Part shown: positions 1 to 7,980 of the stretch, one piece after another
Numbering within the stretch: position 1 is the first letter of the stretch
How the letters are laid out: every line of letters starts with the position of its first letter
Source: a virus
Length of the DNA stretch: 32,900 bases
Virus record (IMG/VR): IMGVR_UViG_3300014203_000008
Coordinates: 1 to 32,900 of that record
Direction: 5' to 3' (one strand)
Position numbers and translations under genes: made by a program
Notes under the pieces: generated by a model
Told to the model about the DNA's origin: nothing
Databases searched by the model: none
The model's input: only the letters and a program-made list of their open reading frames with translations

Positions 1-580
<580 letters not shown>

Positions 581-593
<13 letters not shown>

Positions 594-877
594 ATCTTAA
601 CCCCCTCAATAGATTTAATTGCTTTTTCTGTGCATGGGATAATTTCAATAACACCCATAATTTGAATTTCATCAACAATTACAGTAAATTTGCAATTTTC
701 TGGTTTAGATGTTCCATCTTTCGCTAGTTGTGAAATACTAGCAGCACCATCCCAGTAAAAAATTCTTCTGCAATCTTTTAATACAACTTCTTGCCCATCT
801 TTTTCTGCTAATGTTCCAAAAAATACACCTGCTCTGTCTGCTCTTACAATTACTTTTTCTCCAATAAATTTTTCCAT
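581..877 (-). CDS. Hypothetical 98-aa protein, first gene of the junction cassette. Contains an RIFYWDGAAS motif; no function can be assigned.
   Basis: ORF track. RBS AAAGGAGAAAAA lies upstream of the ATG, and the gene follows a consensus-like promoter. Confidence 0.7.
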
Positions 878-918
878 TTTTTTCTCCTTTAACTATGTTT
901 TGTTTACTTGTTATACAT

Positions 919-947
919 ACTATATCATCATAAAGCATAATTGTAAA
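919..947 (-). promoter_or_regulatory. Sigma-70-type promoter for the junction cassette: TTTACA-17 nt-TATAGT.
   Basis: The reverse complement reads TTTACAattatgctttatgatgaTATAGT. The -35 is at 942..947 and the -10 at 919..924. Confidence 0.55.
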
Positions 948-954
948 TAGATAT

Positions 955-980
955 ATTGTACTTTTATTGTACTTTTACAA
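955..980. promoter_or_regulatory. Operator-like repeat ATTGTACTTTT ATTGTACTTTT ACAA, starting 7 nt upstream of the -35. A copy of the 16-mer is also found at 29805..29820.
   Basis: attgtacttttattgt occurs at 955..970 and at 29805..29820, each exactly 7 nt from a -35 hexamer. TTGTAAA (941..947) and TTTACAA (974..980) form an inverted pair. Confidence 0.5.
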
Positions 981-984
981 ATAC

Positions 985-1009
985 AAAAAGAACGCCATTT
1001 CTGACGCTC
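985..1009 (-). terminator. Rho-independent terminator. Its 25-bp sequence is repeated at 32525..32549.
   Basis: Minus-strand RNA GAGCGUC-AGAAAU-GGCGUUC forms a 7-bp stem with two G-U pairs, followed by UUUUU. It lies just after the stop at 1034. Confidence 0.6.
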
Positions 1010-1033
1010 AATTTGTTGGTATCAACAATATGG

Positions 1034-1879
1034 TTATCTGTCAATATAGTGAATTTCCTTTAAATTATTATGATCGTATTCGAATATTTGAAATCTTTCT
1101 ACGCTCATAGTCCAACCATGCTTTTTATGGTAACCGTCTTTTTTAACTCCTGTTGGCAACCTACGAACTAAACACCCGTTGACATCTCCGGTTTCTTTTT
1201 CGTGATGCAAATGTGACACGTGAATTTCTTTTGTTTTGCTTTGGTAATATTCTTTCAAAAACTCTTCGACAAATATCTCTTTGATTACACTTAGATTTTT
1301 ACTTATCGTATCTCCGTGAGTTAAACCAATAAAGATTTTATTCCAATGAAAGACTTTTCGCATTTCTCCCTCGCCTACGCTGTCATTGTATTTAATGCTA
1401 GGATATAAAGTCTTTAAAGTTTGTAACAAAGTCCACGATCCCGTATTAGAATGATTCCCTTGCGTATAATAACATTCTACGTTTTCGGAATTTTCTAAAC
1501 ATTCAACAAATAGTTCTCTGTAAAATCTCAGTGCATCATTAAATGCTTTTGGGAAGTCATATTCGCCTAAATAAGTGCCATTTGAGGTTTCCCCTTTGAA
1601 GTTATCACAATGAATTAAATCTGCCCCGAATGGAACGAATATACATTCCCATTTGCGTGACTGAATAATCTGTACAACTTGTTTTAATACACTTTCATAA
1701 TCTTTATAAATTGCTACACCAAAGTGTAAATCGTCAAGTGGAATTTCCAAAAGTCTATTGCTTGTTTCTTGTTTGCTAACTTCTATCTTGTCAATTGGTT
1801 TTATAATCGATAGAGTATCTTTTAATATATTTATATAGCTAACTTCTTTATCAGGTGTTGACCTTGCCCAATATTGCAC
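1034..1879 (-). CDS. Calcineurin-like metallophosphoesterase (SbcD/Mre11-type fold) family protein.
   Basis: Ordered motifs are present: DDLHFG, GADLIHCDN, QGNHS, LTHGD, VSHLHH. The start is GTG with a weak RBS. The frame is open upstream as far as the TAA of the preceding ORF. Confidence 0.6.
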   Translation of the reverse strand: MQYWARSTPDKEVSYINILKDTLSIIKPIDKIEVSKQETSNRLLEIPLDDLHFGVAIYKDYESVLKQVVQIIQSRKWECIFVPFGADLIHCDNFKGETSNGTYLGEYDFPKAFNDALRFYRELFVECLENSENVECYYTQGNHSNTGSWTLLQTLKTLYPSIKYNDSVGEGEMRKVFHWNKIFIGLTHGDTISKNLSVIKEIFVEEFLKEYYQSKTKEIHVSHLHHEKETGDVNGCLVRRLPTGVKKDGYHKKHGWTMSVERFQIFEYDHNNLKEIHYIDR

Positions 1880-1948
1880 GAGATTCCCAGAACTATCGTA
1901 TTGTGCTGTTACTTTTCCGACCGTTCTGTTATATTCAAGGTTAGCATT

Positions 1949-2134
1949 TTATAAGAGTTCTCCGTCTTTTTCCATTTTTGTTTTCCACCTCTTTAATTGG
2001 CTTCTGAAACCCTCGAATGCAACGCCATTTATTTCGGTTTTTACAATTTTATATACTTCTCTTGCTGTTTCCGTTTGATATAATTCTACGCATTTTCTTT
2101 TAAATTCGTTACTATATATCTTTTTTGCTGCCAT
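1949..2134 (-). CDS. Small HTH protein (61 aa), resembling an IS3 OrfA/Tnp_1-type helix-turn-helix.
   Basis: The internal ATG at 2134 has RBS GTGGAGGGAAT. Sequence MAAKKIYSNEFKRKCVELYQ... The longer ORF-track start at 2188 lies inside the promoter and terminator region. Confidence 0.5.
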   Translation of the reverse strand: MAAKKIYSNEFKRKCVELYQTETAREVYKIVKTEINGVAFEGFRSQLKRWKTKMEKDGELL

Positions 2135-2159
2135 ATTCCCTCCACAACCTGTTTTTCTT

Positions 2160-2188
2160 AGTTTAGCACTAAAATGTGTTTTAATCAA
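2160..2188 (-). promoter_or_regulatory. Candidate promoter TTGATT-17-TAAACT.
   Basis: Reverse complement TTGATTaaaacacattttagtgcTAAACT, immediately after the terminator U-tract. Confidence 0.35.
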
Positions 2189-2221
2189 TAAAAGGCAAGT
2201 AAAACGCTTGTTCTACCTGCC
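2187..2221 (-). terminator. Strong rho-independent terminator downstream of ssb.
   Basis: Minus RNA GGCAGGUAGAAC-AAGC-GUUUUACUUGCC forms a 12-bp stem including G-U pairs, followed by UUUUAUU. Confidence 0.7.
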
Positions 2222-2311
2222 TAGTTTGATTAGTTGATTGTTTTGTACGTGTCTATTATGTATGTATCATTTAATAAAAGATAAGTCAACTAGATAAACG
2301 GTCTTTAGCTA

Positions 2312-2719
2312 TCAAAGGAATGGGACTTCGTCATCTGCCCCCTCGGGAATTTCCACAAATTGATAATTTGCATTATTTGTTGGTACTGAATTTTCGGAAC
2401 TTGCTTTACTCTCTGCAAATTCTTGTTCTTCGACAACAACATCTGTTGTATAAACCTTTTGACCTTCTTTGCTCGTATAGCTGCCCGTTTGGATTCTCCC
2501 TGTTACTGCAATTTTAGTCCCTTTTTTGAAATACTTTTCTGCAAATTCTCCTGCTTTTCCAAAAGCTACGCAACTAATAAAATCTGCTGACTGTTCATCT
2601 TTTTTAAATTTTCGGTCAACTGCTAACGTATATTTTGCAATTGCCATTGTGTTTTCTCCTTGTGAATATCTTACTATTGGGTCCTTTGTTAATCTTCCAG
2701 TTAAAATTACTTTATTCAT
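2312..2719 (-). CDS. ssb: Single-stranded DNA-binding protein.
   Basis: MNKVILTGRLTKDPIVRYSQGENTMAIAKYTLAV... OB-fold N-terminus and acidic tail DDEVPFL. RBS GGAGGAAAAGAA precedes the ATG at 2719. The track start at 2827 is an upstream extension overlapping the neighbouring gene. Confidence 0.9.
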   Translation of the reverse strand: MNKVILTGRLTKDPIVRYSQGENTMAIAKYTLAVDRKFKKDEQSADFISCVAFGKAGEFAEKYFKKGTKIAVTGRIQTGSYTSKEGQKVYTTDVVVEEQEFAESKASSENSVPTNNANYQFVEIPEGADDEVPFL

Positions 2720-2730
2720 TTCTTTTCCTC

Positions 2731-2919
2731 CTATTTTATAAGTTCTATTATTCCTAATACAATAAGTGTAATAATTAAAATCATAAGTGGTAGTATTGCA
2801 GGACTTAAAACCAAAAACCAAGACCAACTTATAACACCAACTAATTTTAATACAATAAAGGCAACGGTTAAAATTCCTAAAAATCCAACGTCATTACTTT
2901 TGTTATTATTTTCTTTCAT
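2731..2919 (-). CDS. Small hydrophobic protein (62 aa, two predicted TM helices).
   Basis: ORF track. ATGA overlap with the rusA stop. Sequence is dominated by LVGVISWSWFLVLSPAILPLMILIITLIVLGII. Confidence 0.6.
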   Translation of the reverse strand: MKENNNKSNDVGFLGILTVAFIVLKLVGVISWSWFLVLSPAILPLMILIITLIVLGIIELIK

Positions 2920-3320
2920 AACTTCTCCTTAAATGTGATTGTTATTTCTGTTCTCGGGTTATCTTTGTCATATTTTACTCTACTACCATCTGTGCTTACA
3001 ATAATTCTACTATTGTCATCTTTTAAAACACCACACTTTACCATAATATCGTGTAATGCTTCATGTAAATTGACCAAATCAACAATTCTTCTTGTACCCA
3101 TGTAATAAATTGCTTGCACATTTATTTCTTCTTCAATTGCTTCAGTTCTTGGCATATACCATGCACAACCTATTTCATACTCTTTAAATGCCTTGCTAGG
3201 AATTATCATTGGTCTATGTGTTTTTTTGTTTGTAATAATTCGTTGGCTGTTTTTTTTAGTTATCGGTTGTAGTGGTATTGTAAATTTCATTTCATTTCTC
3301 GTTGTTTTACCCTCGTTCAC
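2916..3320 (-). CDS. rusA: RusA-family Holliday-junction resolvase.
   Basis: FTIPLQPITKKNSQRI... and DLVNLHEALHDIMVKCGVLKDDNSRI match the RusA pattern. GTG start with RBS GAAAGGA. An alternative ATG exists at 3290. Confidence 0.7.
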   Translation of the reverse strand: MNEGKTTRNEMKFTIPLQPITKKNSQRIITNKKTHRPMIIPSKAFKEYEIGCAWYMPRTEAIEEEINVQAIYYMGTRRIVDLVNLHEALHDIMVKCGVLKDDNSRIIVSTDGSRVKYDKDNPRTEITITFKEKL

Positions 3321-3436
3321 ATCTTGATCCTTTCTTCTAATTTCTGAATTGATATTACTTTTGCTCGCTGTATAAGTTCTTGCAATTCTTCATAAGTAAA
3401 TCCGTTTAATATTTTTGTTAGCATATCTTCAATCAT
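3317..3436 (-). CDS. Hypothetical 39-aa protein, translationally coupled on both sides.
   Basis: Manual translation MIEDMLTKILNGFTYEELQELIQRAKVISIQKLEERIKM. ATGA overlap with the upstream stop, and its stop overlaps the rusA GTG. Confidence 0.35.
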   Translation of the reverse strand: MIEDMLTKILNGFTYEELQELIQRAKVISIQKLEERIKM

Positions 3437-3729
3437 AAATAACTCCTTCCAAATTTTTCAATAAATTCTTCTCGTGTTCCGTGTTTTTCTTCAAATTTAC
3501 GTTGTGCCATTTCCTTATACTTTAAATCTATTTCTCTGTTCATGTGTGGTCCGTTGTTTCCACTATGATGTTCTGCGCATAACGGAATAATTAAACCATA
3601 CTTATCGCTGTTTTGCCTGTTAAAACCGAACAACACGTGATGGACCTCTGGATATGGGCTTCCACATACTAGGCAATATCTCATGTCATCTGTAATAATT
3701 GAGTTCTTTAAGTATTTTTCTTTTTTCAA
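3433..3729 (-). CDS. HNH / beta-beta-alpha-Me-like zinc-binding nuclease-like protein.
   Basis: CLVCGSPYPEVHHV ... PLCAEHHSGNNGPH shows the CxxC plus HH spacing typical of small phage HNH-like proteins. Confidence 0.45.
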   Translation of the reverse strand: MKKEKYLKNSIITDDMRYCLVCGSPYPEVHHVLFGFNRQNSDKYGLIIPLCAEHHSGNNGPHMNREIDLKYKEMAQRKFEEKHGTREEFIEKFGRSYL

Positions 3730-3942
3730 TTATTCCTCCTCTTCTTCAAGCATGTCCCAATCAACTAGGTCTTTATAATCTTTGTCTGCACAAGGTGGAT
3801 AGCATGGACCTGCTCCATAATTCGTAACTCCATGAGAACAACTACAATTATATTTGCAATAATCACAACATTCATCGTTTTCTACAATTTCGTCTAATTT
3901 TTTCTTTATTTTTTCTGATATATTATTTTCTATTATTTCCAC
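3730..3942 (-). CDS. Hypothetical Cys-rich acidic protein (70 aa).
   Basis: ORF track. ECCDYCKYNCSCSHG...CYPPC and a C-terminal EEEEE tail. Confidence 0.55.
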   Translation of the reverse strand: MEIIENNISEKIKKKLDEIVENDECCDYCKYNCSCSHGVTNYGAGPCYPPCADKDYKDLVDWDMLEEEEE

Positions 3943-4454
3943 GCTCCTTTCATAATTTCTAACTCTCTCGGTGTTAAAGTTTCAATTCCTAATTCTTTAC
4001 ATTCGCTTACTGTTCCGTCAATCAATCTAGCCATTTCTTTGCTGTCATATAAATGCGTTGGTTTTAATACTTGATAGGCTCTGTATAACTTGCCACTTTC
4101 AAAAGTCTTTGTAATATCAGTTGGGCGTAAGTGTAAATTTTCAAACTCAAGATAATCTATTTCGTCTAATTGTAAGATTGCTCCTAACTCCTTGTCTATC
4201 GCACCATATCGCCCCATTAGGATATTTTTCTGTGCGTTACGTGTATTTGTTAACACTTCCGATAATTTATCGTTTAAAACGTGAAAATAAGCGTTTGCAC
4301 TTAGCGAGCGATTAGCACGGTATTTCTTGACTTCGATAGTTAGCAAATCATCTTGCTTGTATTCGGGTGGCTTTTCCATTTCAAAAACCACCTGATACTT
4401 TTTATTGAATAATTGCGTTACAGATTTTAAATATCCTTTACTTTTTAAAGCCAC
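3933..4454 (-). CDS. Hypothetical protein, possibly a NinB/Orf-like recombination mediator.
   Basis: RANRSLSANAYFHVLNDKLSEVL resembles the R-x-RSL-x-x-N core of NinB-type proteins. Sits within the recombination module. Confidence 0.35.
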   Translation of the reverse strand: MALKSKGYLKSVTQLFNKKYQVVFEMEKPPEYKQDDLLTIEVKKYRANRSLSANAYFHVLNDKLSEVLTNTRNAQKNILMGRYGAIDKELGAILQLDEIDYLEFENLHLRPTDITKTFESGKLYRAYQVLKPTHLYDSKEMARLIDGTVSECKELGIETLTPRELEIMKGAWK

Positions 4455-5350
4455 GCTTCCACTTCCTCTTCAAATTCGATTCCAACACTGTTCATGTACA
4501 TTTCTAATTTTGCCTTTGCATCTGCATTTAGCATAATTTTATATGTGCATTCTTCTAGTTGTTCATCTTCTGTAATTTCAGGTATCAGGCTTTCAATTAC
4601 TTCTTGCTGTGCTTCAACTCTGACTTCTTCCTTTACTTCTTCAACGTGTTTTTCTTGTTCAATCTTTGCACGTTCCTCAGCACGAATCCTGTCGGCTTCT
4701 TCTTTTGCGATACGATCCTTTTCTTTCTGCATGATTTCTTGTTTTCTTTTATTATCGTCGTTGATATATTGAATTGCAGATGATAGCTGCATATTAATCT
4801 TGTATAGTTCAATTGCTTTTTCTTCAACTTCTGAATTCATACTTTTTATTACTACCAAATCATTTGCAACTGTTTGTGCGATATTTTCTAATTCTAACTT
4901 AATATCATCTGTAAGATATCCCTTGTTTAGCCATTTCGGATTGAAAACCGATTCAAGAGAAAAAACGCTTTTTACTTCTTCTGTAAATTCTTCATAGATT
5001 GCCGCAATCCTCTCTTTTTTCTTTTCTTTTTCCTTTTTCTCAAACTCTTGTACTTGATCGTTGATTTCATCAATTGGCTTTTCGATAATTTCAAACAGTT
5101 CTTTTACCTGATTTTCAAAGTCTGTGTATGGCTTATTGTATTCTTTTTTAACTTCAATTTTACGATCGTTAATAGCTGTTTTAATTTTTCTTAATATTGC
5201 GACACTTGATTTTGCCTCTTTCACTGTATCTTCATGAAATGTTGCACCATCATATGCATCAGCAATGCTTTTTACTTGTTCCTTGATTTCTTCAAAATTA
5301 AAGTTGATAACACCTGTTGTCAGATTTGCTTTTACTTGTAATTCATTCAT
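4445..5350 (-). CDS. DUF1351-like phage protein, a coiled-coil partner commonly found next to annealases.
   Basis: N-terminus MNELQVKANLTTGVINFNFEEIKEQVKS... and a long Glu/Lys coiled coil. Lies immediately downstream of the annealase. Confidence 0.5.
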   Translation of the reverse strand: MNELQVKANLTTGVINFNFEEIKEQVKSIADAYDGATFHEDTVKEAKSSVAILRKIKTAINDRKIEVKKEYNKPYTDFENQVKELFEIIEKPIDEINDQVQEFEKKEKEKKKERIAAIYEEFTEEVKSVFSLESVFNPKWLNKGYLTDDIKLELENIAQTVANDLVVIKSMNSEVEEKAIELYKINMQLSSAIQYINDDNKRKQEIMQKEKDRIAKEEADRIRAEERAKIEQEKHVEEVKEEVRVEAQQEVIESLIPEITEDEQLEECTYKIMLNADAKAKLEMYMNSVGIEFEEEVEAWL

Positions 5351-6078
5351 TATTGTTTTCCTCCGTTTTTGTCAATAAGTCCTTGTAATTTTTCAATAAG
5401 GTCACTAAATTCTTCGTTTGTAATACTTTCTAGTGGTTTTGTTATTTTTTTTGTAATATCAAGATTAGCTTCTATAAACTTTTCTTTCAAAACATTAATC
5501 TGTTTTTGGTTTATTAGCGGCGATTCTTGTTTTTTGCTTTCTGTTGTTGGTTCACTTTGCTTTTGTTGCTTATTCGAGCTGTTTCCCATGTTAAATACTA
5601 CTTTCCTGGTCTTATTATTAATGATTGATAATTGAGTAATTACACCATCTACAGTTTTGATTGATTTCACAGAAAACTTATCGTAGCATTTTCCGTCTTT
5701 TGCCACGGTATATCCATCGTCGCTTTTCCATAATTTAATTTCGGGTGCTGTGTAAAGTTCTCTACCAATTCCCCAACAAAAACACGCTCTTTTGAAACTG
5801 TCAGACGCAAGCCCTTTTTCCTTTTGTGTGTTACTTTCTGACCCTGTATCTTCCTTTGAAATCCATTGTTTTTTCTCTTCATCCCATATTGAAACAATAC
5901 AATTTGCGTTATCTCTCGTATGCGAACGTTGCCACCCCATACAGCCTACTGTTTCGTCAAGAATATTTGCATCAACTCTTGCGTCTTTATAGAGCAGCAA
6001 TGTTATAAATGATGATGTTACGCTTTGTTGTCTACACTCAATTTCATCTGCCCTTAATTCCCTGAACAATCTTTCCAT
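5350..6078 (-). CDS. Rad52/Sak-like single-strand annealing protein.
   Basis: YKDARVDANILDETVGCMGWQR and GLASDSFKRACFCWGIGRELY motifs. Sits within the recombination module. Confidence 0.6.
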   Translation of the reverse strand: MERLFRELRADEIECRQQSVTSSFITLLLYKDARVDANILDETVGCMGWQRSHTRDNANCIVSIWDEEKKQWISKEDTGSESNTQKEKGLASDSFKRACFCWGIGRELYTAPEIKLWKSDDGYTVAKDGKCYDKFSVKSIKTVDGVITQLSIINNKTRKVVFNMGNSSNKQQKQSEPTTESKKQESPLINQKQINVLKEKFIEANLDITKKITKPLESITNEEFSDLIEKLQGLIDKNGGKQ

Positions 6079-6211
6079 CTTTTTCCTCCTTTTTTATCAA
6101 TTTTGCTATCCACTCACTGAATGAGTATCCGTTTTTCTTTGCCTGTTGCTCTGCCATATAAATTACGCTAGGATAAAGCATCAAGGCTTTTTGTTTCTTT
6201 CTTTCTCTCAT
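6044..6211 (-). CDS. Ribbon-helix-helix (CopG/Arc-like) small regulator, 55 aa.
   Basis: Manual translation MRERKKQKALMLYPSVIYMAEQQAKKNGYSFSEWIAKLIKKEEKDGKIVQGIKGR. RBS AAGAAAGGAG. First gene after a palindrome-containing promoter. Below the track size cut-off. Confidence 0.55.
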   Translation of the reverse strand: MRERKKQKALMLYPSVIYMAEQQAKKNGYSFSEWIAKLIKKEEKDGKIVQGIKGR

Positions 6212-6230
6212 GTACGCTCCTTTCTTACTT

Positions 6231-6266
6231 ATTATATCAAGTATATATATGATTGTATATATACAA
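6231..6266 (-). promoter_or_regulatory. Promoter TATACA-17-TATAAT (with TG at -14/-15). The perfect 14-bp palindrome TTGTATATATACAA covers the -35.
   Basis: -10 at 6231..6236, -35 at 6254..6259, palindrome at 6253..6266. Identical at 30 of 33 positions to 7578..7610. Confidence 0.55.
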
Positions 6267-6301
6267 AGTTACTATAAATAATATCGTTTTATTGTGTGCT
6301 T

Positions 6302-6904
6302 TTACTTATAAAATCTAGTATTGCTTTCTTGTAAAATAAATTCTAGATTATTTGAGTGCCATTCACTAATTCCTTGACATGCTTCAAAATACATTCCGTC
6401 AAAATCACTTTCATTCTCTAATACGTTTTCTAGTGCAATATAGCATTCTTCGTTTGGTTCTGTTGTGTAAAATCTTCCGTTTGGAATCATAACAGAAAAC
6501 TGATAGACTGTTTTGTTTTTACTTACTCTTTTTTGCTCAATAACTTTTTTGATCGTGTTTGGGAACTTTTCTGATTCTACTCTGTTTATTACTGTTCGTA
6601 TTACTAATTCTTTGCAATAAATACTCTCTCCCTCTGCTTCTGCCATTGCTAATTTCAATAAATATCCTTTTTCTTCTTCTGTTAGGCTTTGTTCTTCTTC
6701 ACATTCCTTATTCTGTGGCTCATTTTCGCTATTTTCAGCAATAATATAATACTTATTGTTTATTTGTTCGGTGTAAAGATTTTCAATGCTTATTGGCTTA
6801 ATTTCACGGTCACGCTTATTTGCAAAAGATAGAAGCATTATTGAAAAAAATATAAGTAAAATAAATATTAACGTTACAATAATATACTTTTTATTTTCGT
6901 TCAT
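6302..6904 (-). CDS. Membrane-anchored SleB/CwlJ-type (Hydrolase_2-like) cell-wall hydrolase domain protein.
   Basis: N-terminal TM helix YIIVTLIFILLIFFSIMLLSF, then LLKLAMAEAEGESIYCKELVIRTVINRVESEKFPNTIKKVI...YQFSVM...GMYFE. Confidence 0.6.
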   Translation of the reverse strand: MNENKKYIIVTLIFILLIFFSIMLLSFANKRDREIKPISIENLYTEQINNKYYIIAENSENEPQNKECEEEQSLTEEEKGYLLKLAMAEAEGESIYCKELVIRTVINRVESEKFPNTIKKVIEQKRVSKNKTVYQFSVMIPNGRFYTTEPNEECYIALENVLENESDFDGMYFEACQGISEWHSNNLEFILQESNTRFYK

Positions 6905-7010
6905 CTTTTCTGTCCTTTCGCTGCAATGTAAATAACTTGATGCAAGTAACTAATAGCATAAGCAATAATATAATCATTAATACTACAAAAAATATCAATA
7001 CTTTAATCAT
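6891..7010 (-). CDS. 39-aa single-TM peptide.
   Basis: Manual translation MIKVLIFFVVLMIILLLMLLVTCIKLFTLQRKDRKDERK. Strong RBS GGAGGTAGAAA. Overlaps both neighbouring genes. Confidence 0.5.
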   Translation of the reverse strand: MIKVLIFFVVLMIILLLMLLVTCIKLFTLQRKDRKDERK

Positions 7011-7305
7011 TTTCTACCTCCGTAATTCCGTATTCTAAATAAATTTGTTCTTCGCAATCAACCAGCATATCGTCGATATAATCATCTGCAAGCAACTCCA
7101 TAATTTCCATTTTATTATCTTTTTTTAATTGTTCGTTGATACATTTTTTACAAAGGCTTTCTCCTAACCATTCATGAGTAGCAATTTCAGATCCACAATT
7201 TTCACACATTTGCACATGTACTCTTTCACTAAATAATGAATTTGAAATGGAACTGTAATAATCATTTCTAAGGTTCTCAATTTTGTTTTCGTCGCTGTTT
7301 TTCAT
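7003..7305 (-). CDS. Hypothetical zinc-ribbon protein with an acidic C-terminus (100 aa).
   Basis: CENCGSEIATHEWLGESLCKKC (CxxC...CxxC), followed by an Asp/Glu-rich tail. Confidence 0.55.
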   Translation of the reverse strand: MKNSDENKIENLRNDYYSSISNSLFSERVHVQMCENCGSEIATHEWLGESLCKKCINEQLKKDNKMEIMELLADDYIDDMLVDCEEQIYLEYGITEVEND

Positions 7306-7350
7306 AACTTCCTTTCTTGCAGTTTGACCACCAACTGCAAAGGCTATTAT

Positions 7351-7542
7351 TTAATTTGTAAAGTAAGCATAAGGGTAACTGTTAAAAAATGCGATTGTGA
7401 ATGTTGTCATGATTAAAATTAAAATTCCACCGATTAAAAATGTTTTCCCCCACGCTCTTTTTACTGTTTCAAATTCACTTGTTGCGATTTGGTAAAGACC
7501 GATTAAAATTGATAGTGATGATAAAATTAAGATTATTTTCAT
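7351..7542 (-). CDS. Small two-TM membrane protein (63 aa).
   Basis: ORF track. RBS GGAGGGAAACAAA. Hydrophobic segments ILILSSLSILIGLYQI and FLIGGILILIMTTFTIAFF. Confidence 0.6.
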   Translation of the reverse strand: MKIILILSSLSILIGLYQIATSEFETVKRAWGKTFLIGGILILIMTTFTIAFFNSYPYAYFTN

Positions 7543-7577
7543 TTTGTTTCCCTCCGTGTTTGTTATTTGTTAATGTA

Positions 7578-7613
7578 ATTATAGCAAGTATATATAGGTT
7601 TGTATATATAAAG
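7578..7613 (-). promoter_or_regulatory. Promoter TATACA-17-TATAAT, a near-duplicate of the promoter at 6231..6266.
   Basis: -10 at 7578..7583, -35 at 7601..7606. An (AT)7 run lies at 7625..7638 just upstream. Confidence 0.5.
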
Positions 7614-7653
7614 AATAGCCAAAGATATATATATATATTTGTATATAATGCAC

Positions 7654-7677
7654 AAAAAAGACACCCTTTCGAGTGCC
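7654..7677 (-). terminator. Rho-independent terminator ending the late/lysis transcription unit.
   Basis: Minus RNA GGCACU-CGAAAG-GGUGUC followed by UUUUUU. Confidence 0.6.
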
Positions 7678-7804
7678 TAATGTGGTTTATAACTTATAGT
7701 TATACAATGACATAAACCAAATCCTATGCAGTTTAGTAGGTCTGCCAACCTCGTTTTTTATAGTGGTAAACTCTTTCCACTTTGGAAACTGTTGATTTCA
7801 AACG

Positions 7805-7972
7805 TTATTCAGTTTTTAACTTCTGTCCTACTTTTAAAATATAAGGTGGCTTGATATTGTTTAATTCTGCTAATACTTTATACGTTGTTTTCAGTTCGGC
7901 AGCAATTTGATTGAGTGAATCGCCTTTTTTAACGATGTACGTTGCCTTTACTACCTTTTCTTCTTTATCCAT
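7805..7972 (-). CDS. Stand-alone LysM-domain peptide (55 aa).
   Basis: Manual translation MDKEEKVVKATYIVKKGDSLNQIAAELKTTYKVLAELNNIKPPYILKVGQKLKTE matches the LysM consensus Y-x-V-x-x-GD-(S/T)-L-x-x-IA...N...L-x-x-GQ-x-L. RBS GGAGATAAC. Below the track size cut-off. Confidence 0.75.
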   Translation of the reverse strand: MDKEEKVVKATYIVKKGDSLNQIAAELKTTYKVLAELNNIKPPYILKVGQKLKTE

Positions 7973-7980
7973 GTTATCTC

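Noticed and set aside
738-938. Minus-strand 66-aa ORF overlapping 581..877.
   Set aside because: It is in an alternative frame over a better-supported gene, it extends through the promoter's -10 region, and it has no RBS.
2720-2827. N-terminal 36-aa extension of the SSB ORF in the track.
   Set aside because: The extension overlaps the upstream membrane-protein gene and lacks an RBS. The canonical SSB N-terminus MNKVILTGRL starts at 2719 with a strong RBS.
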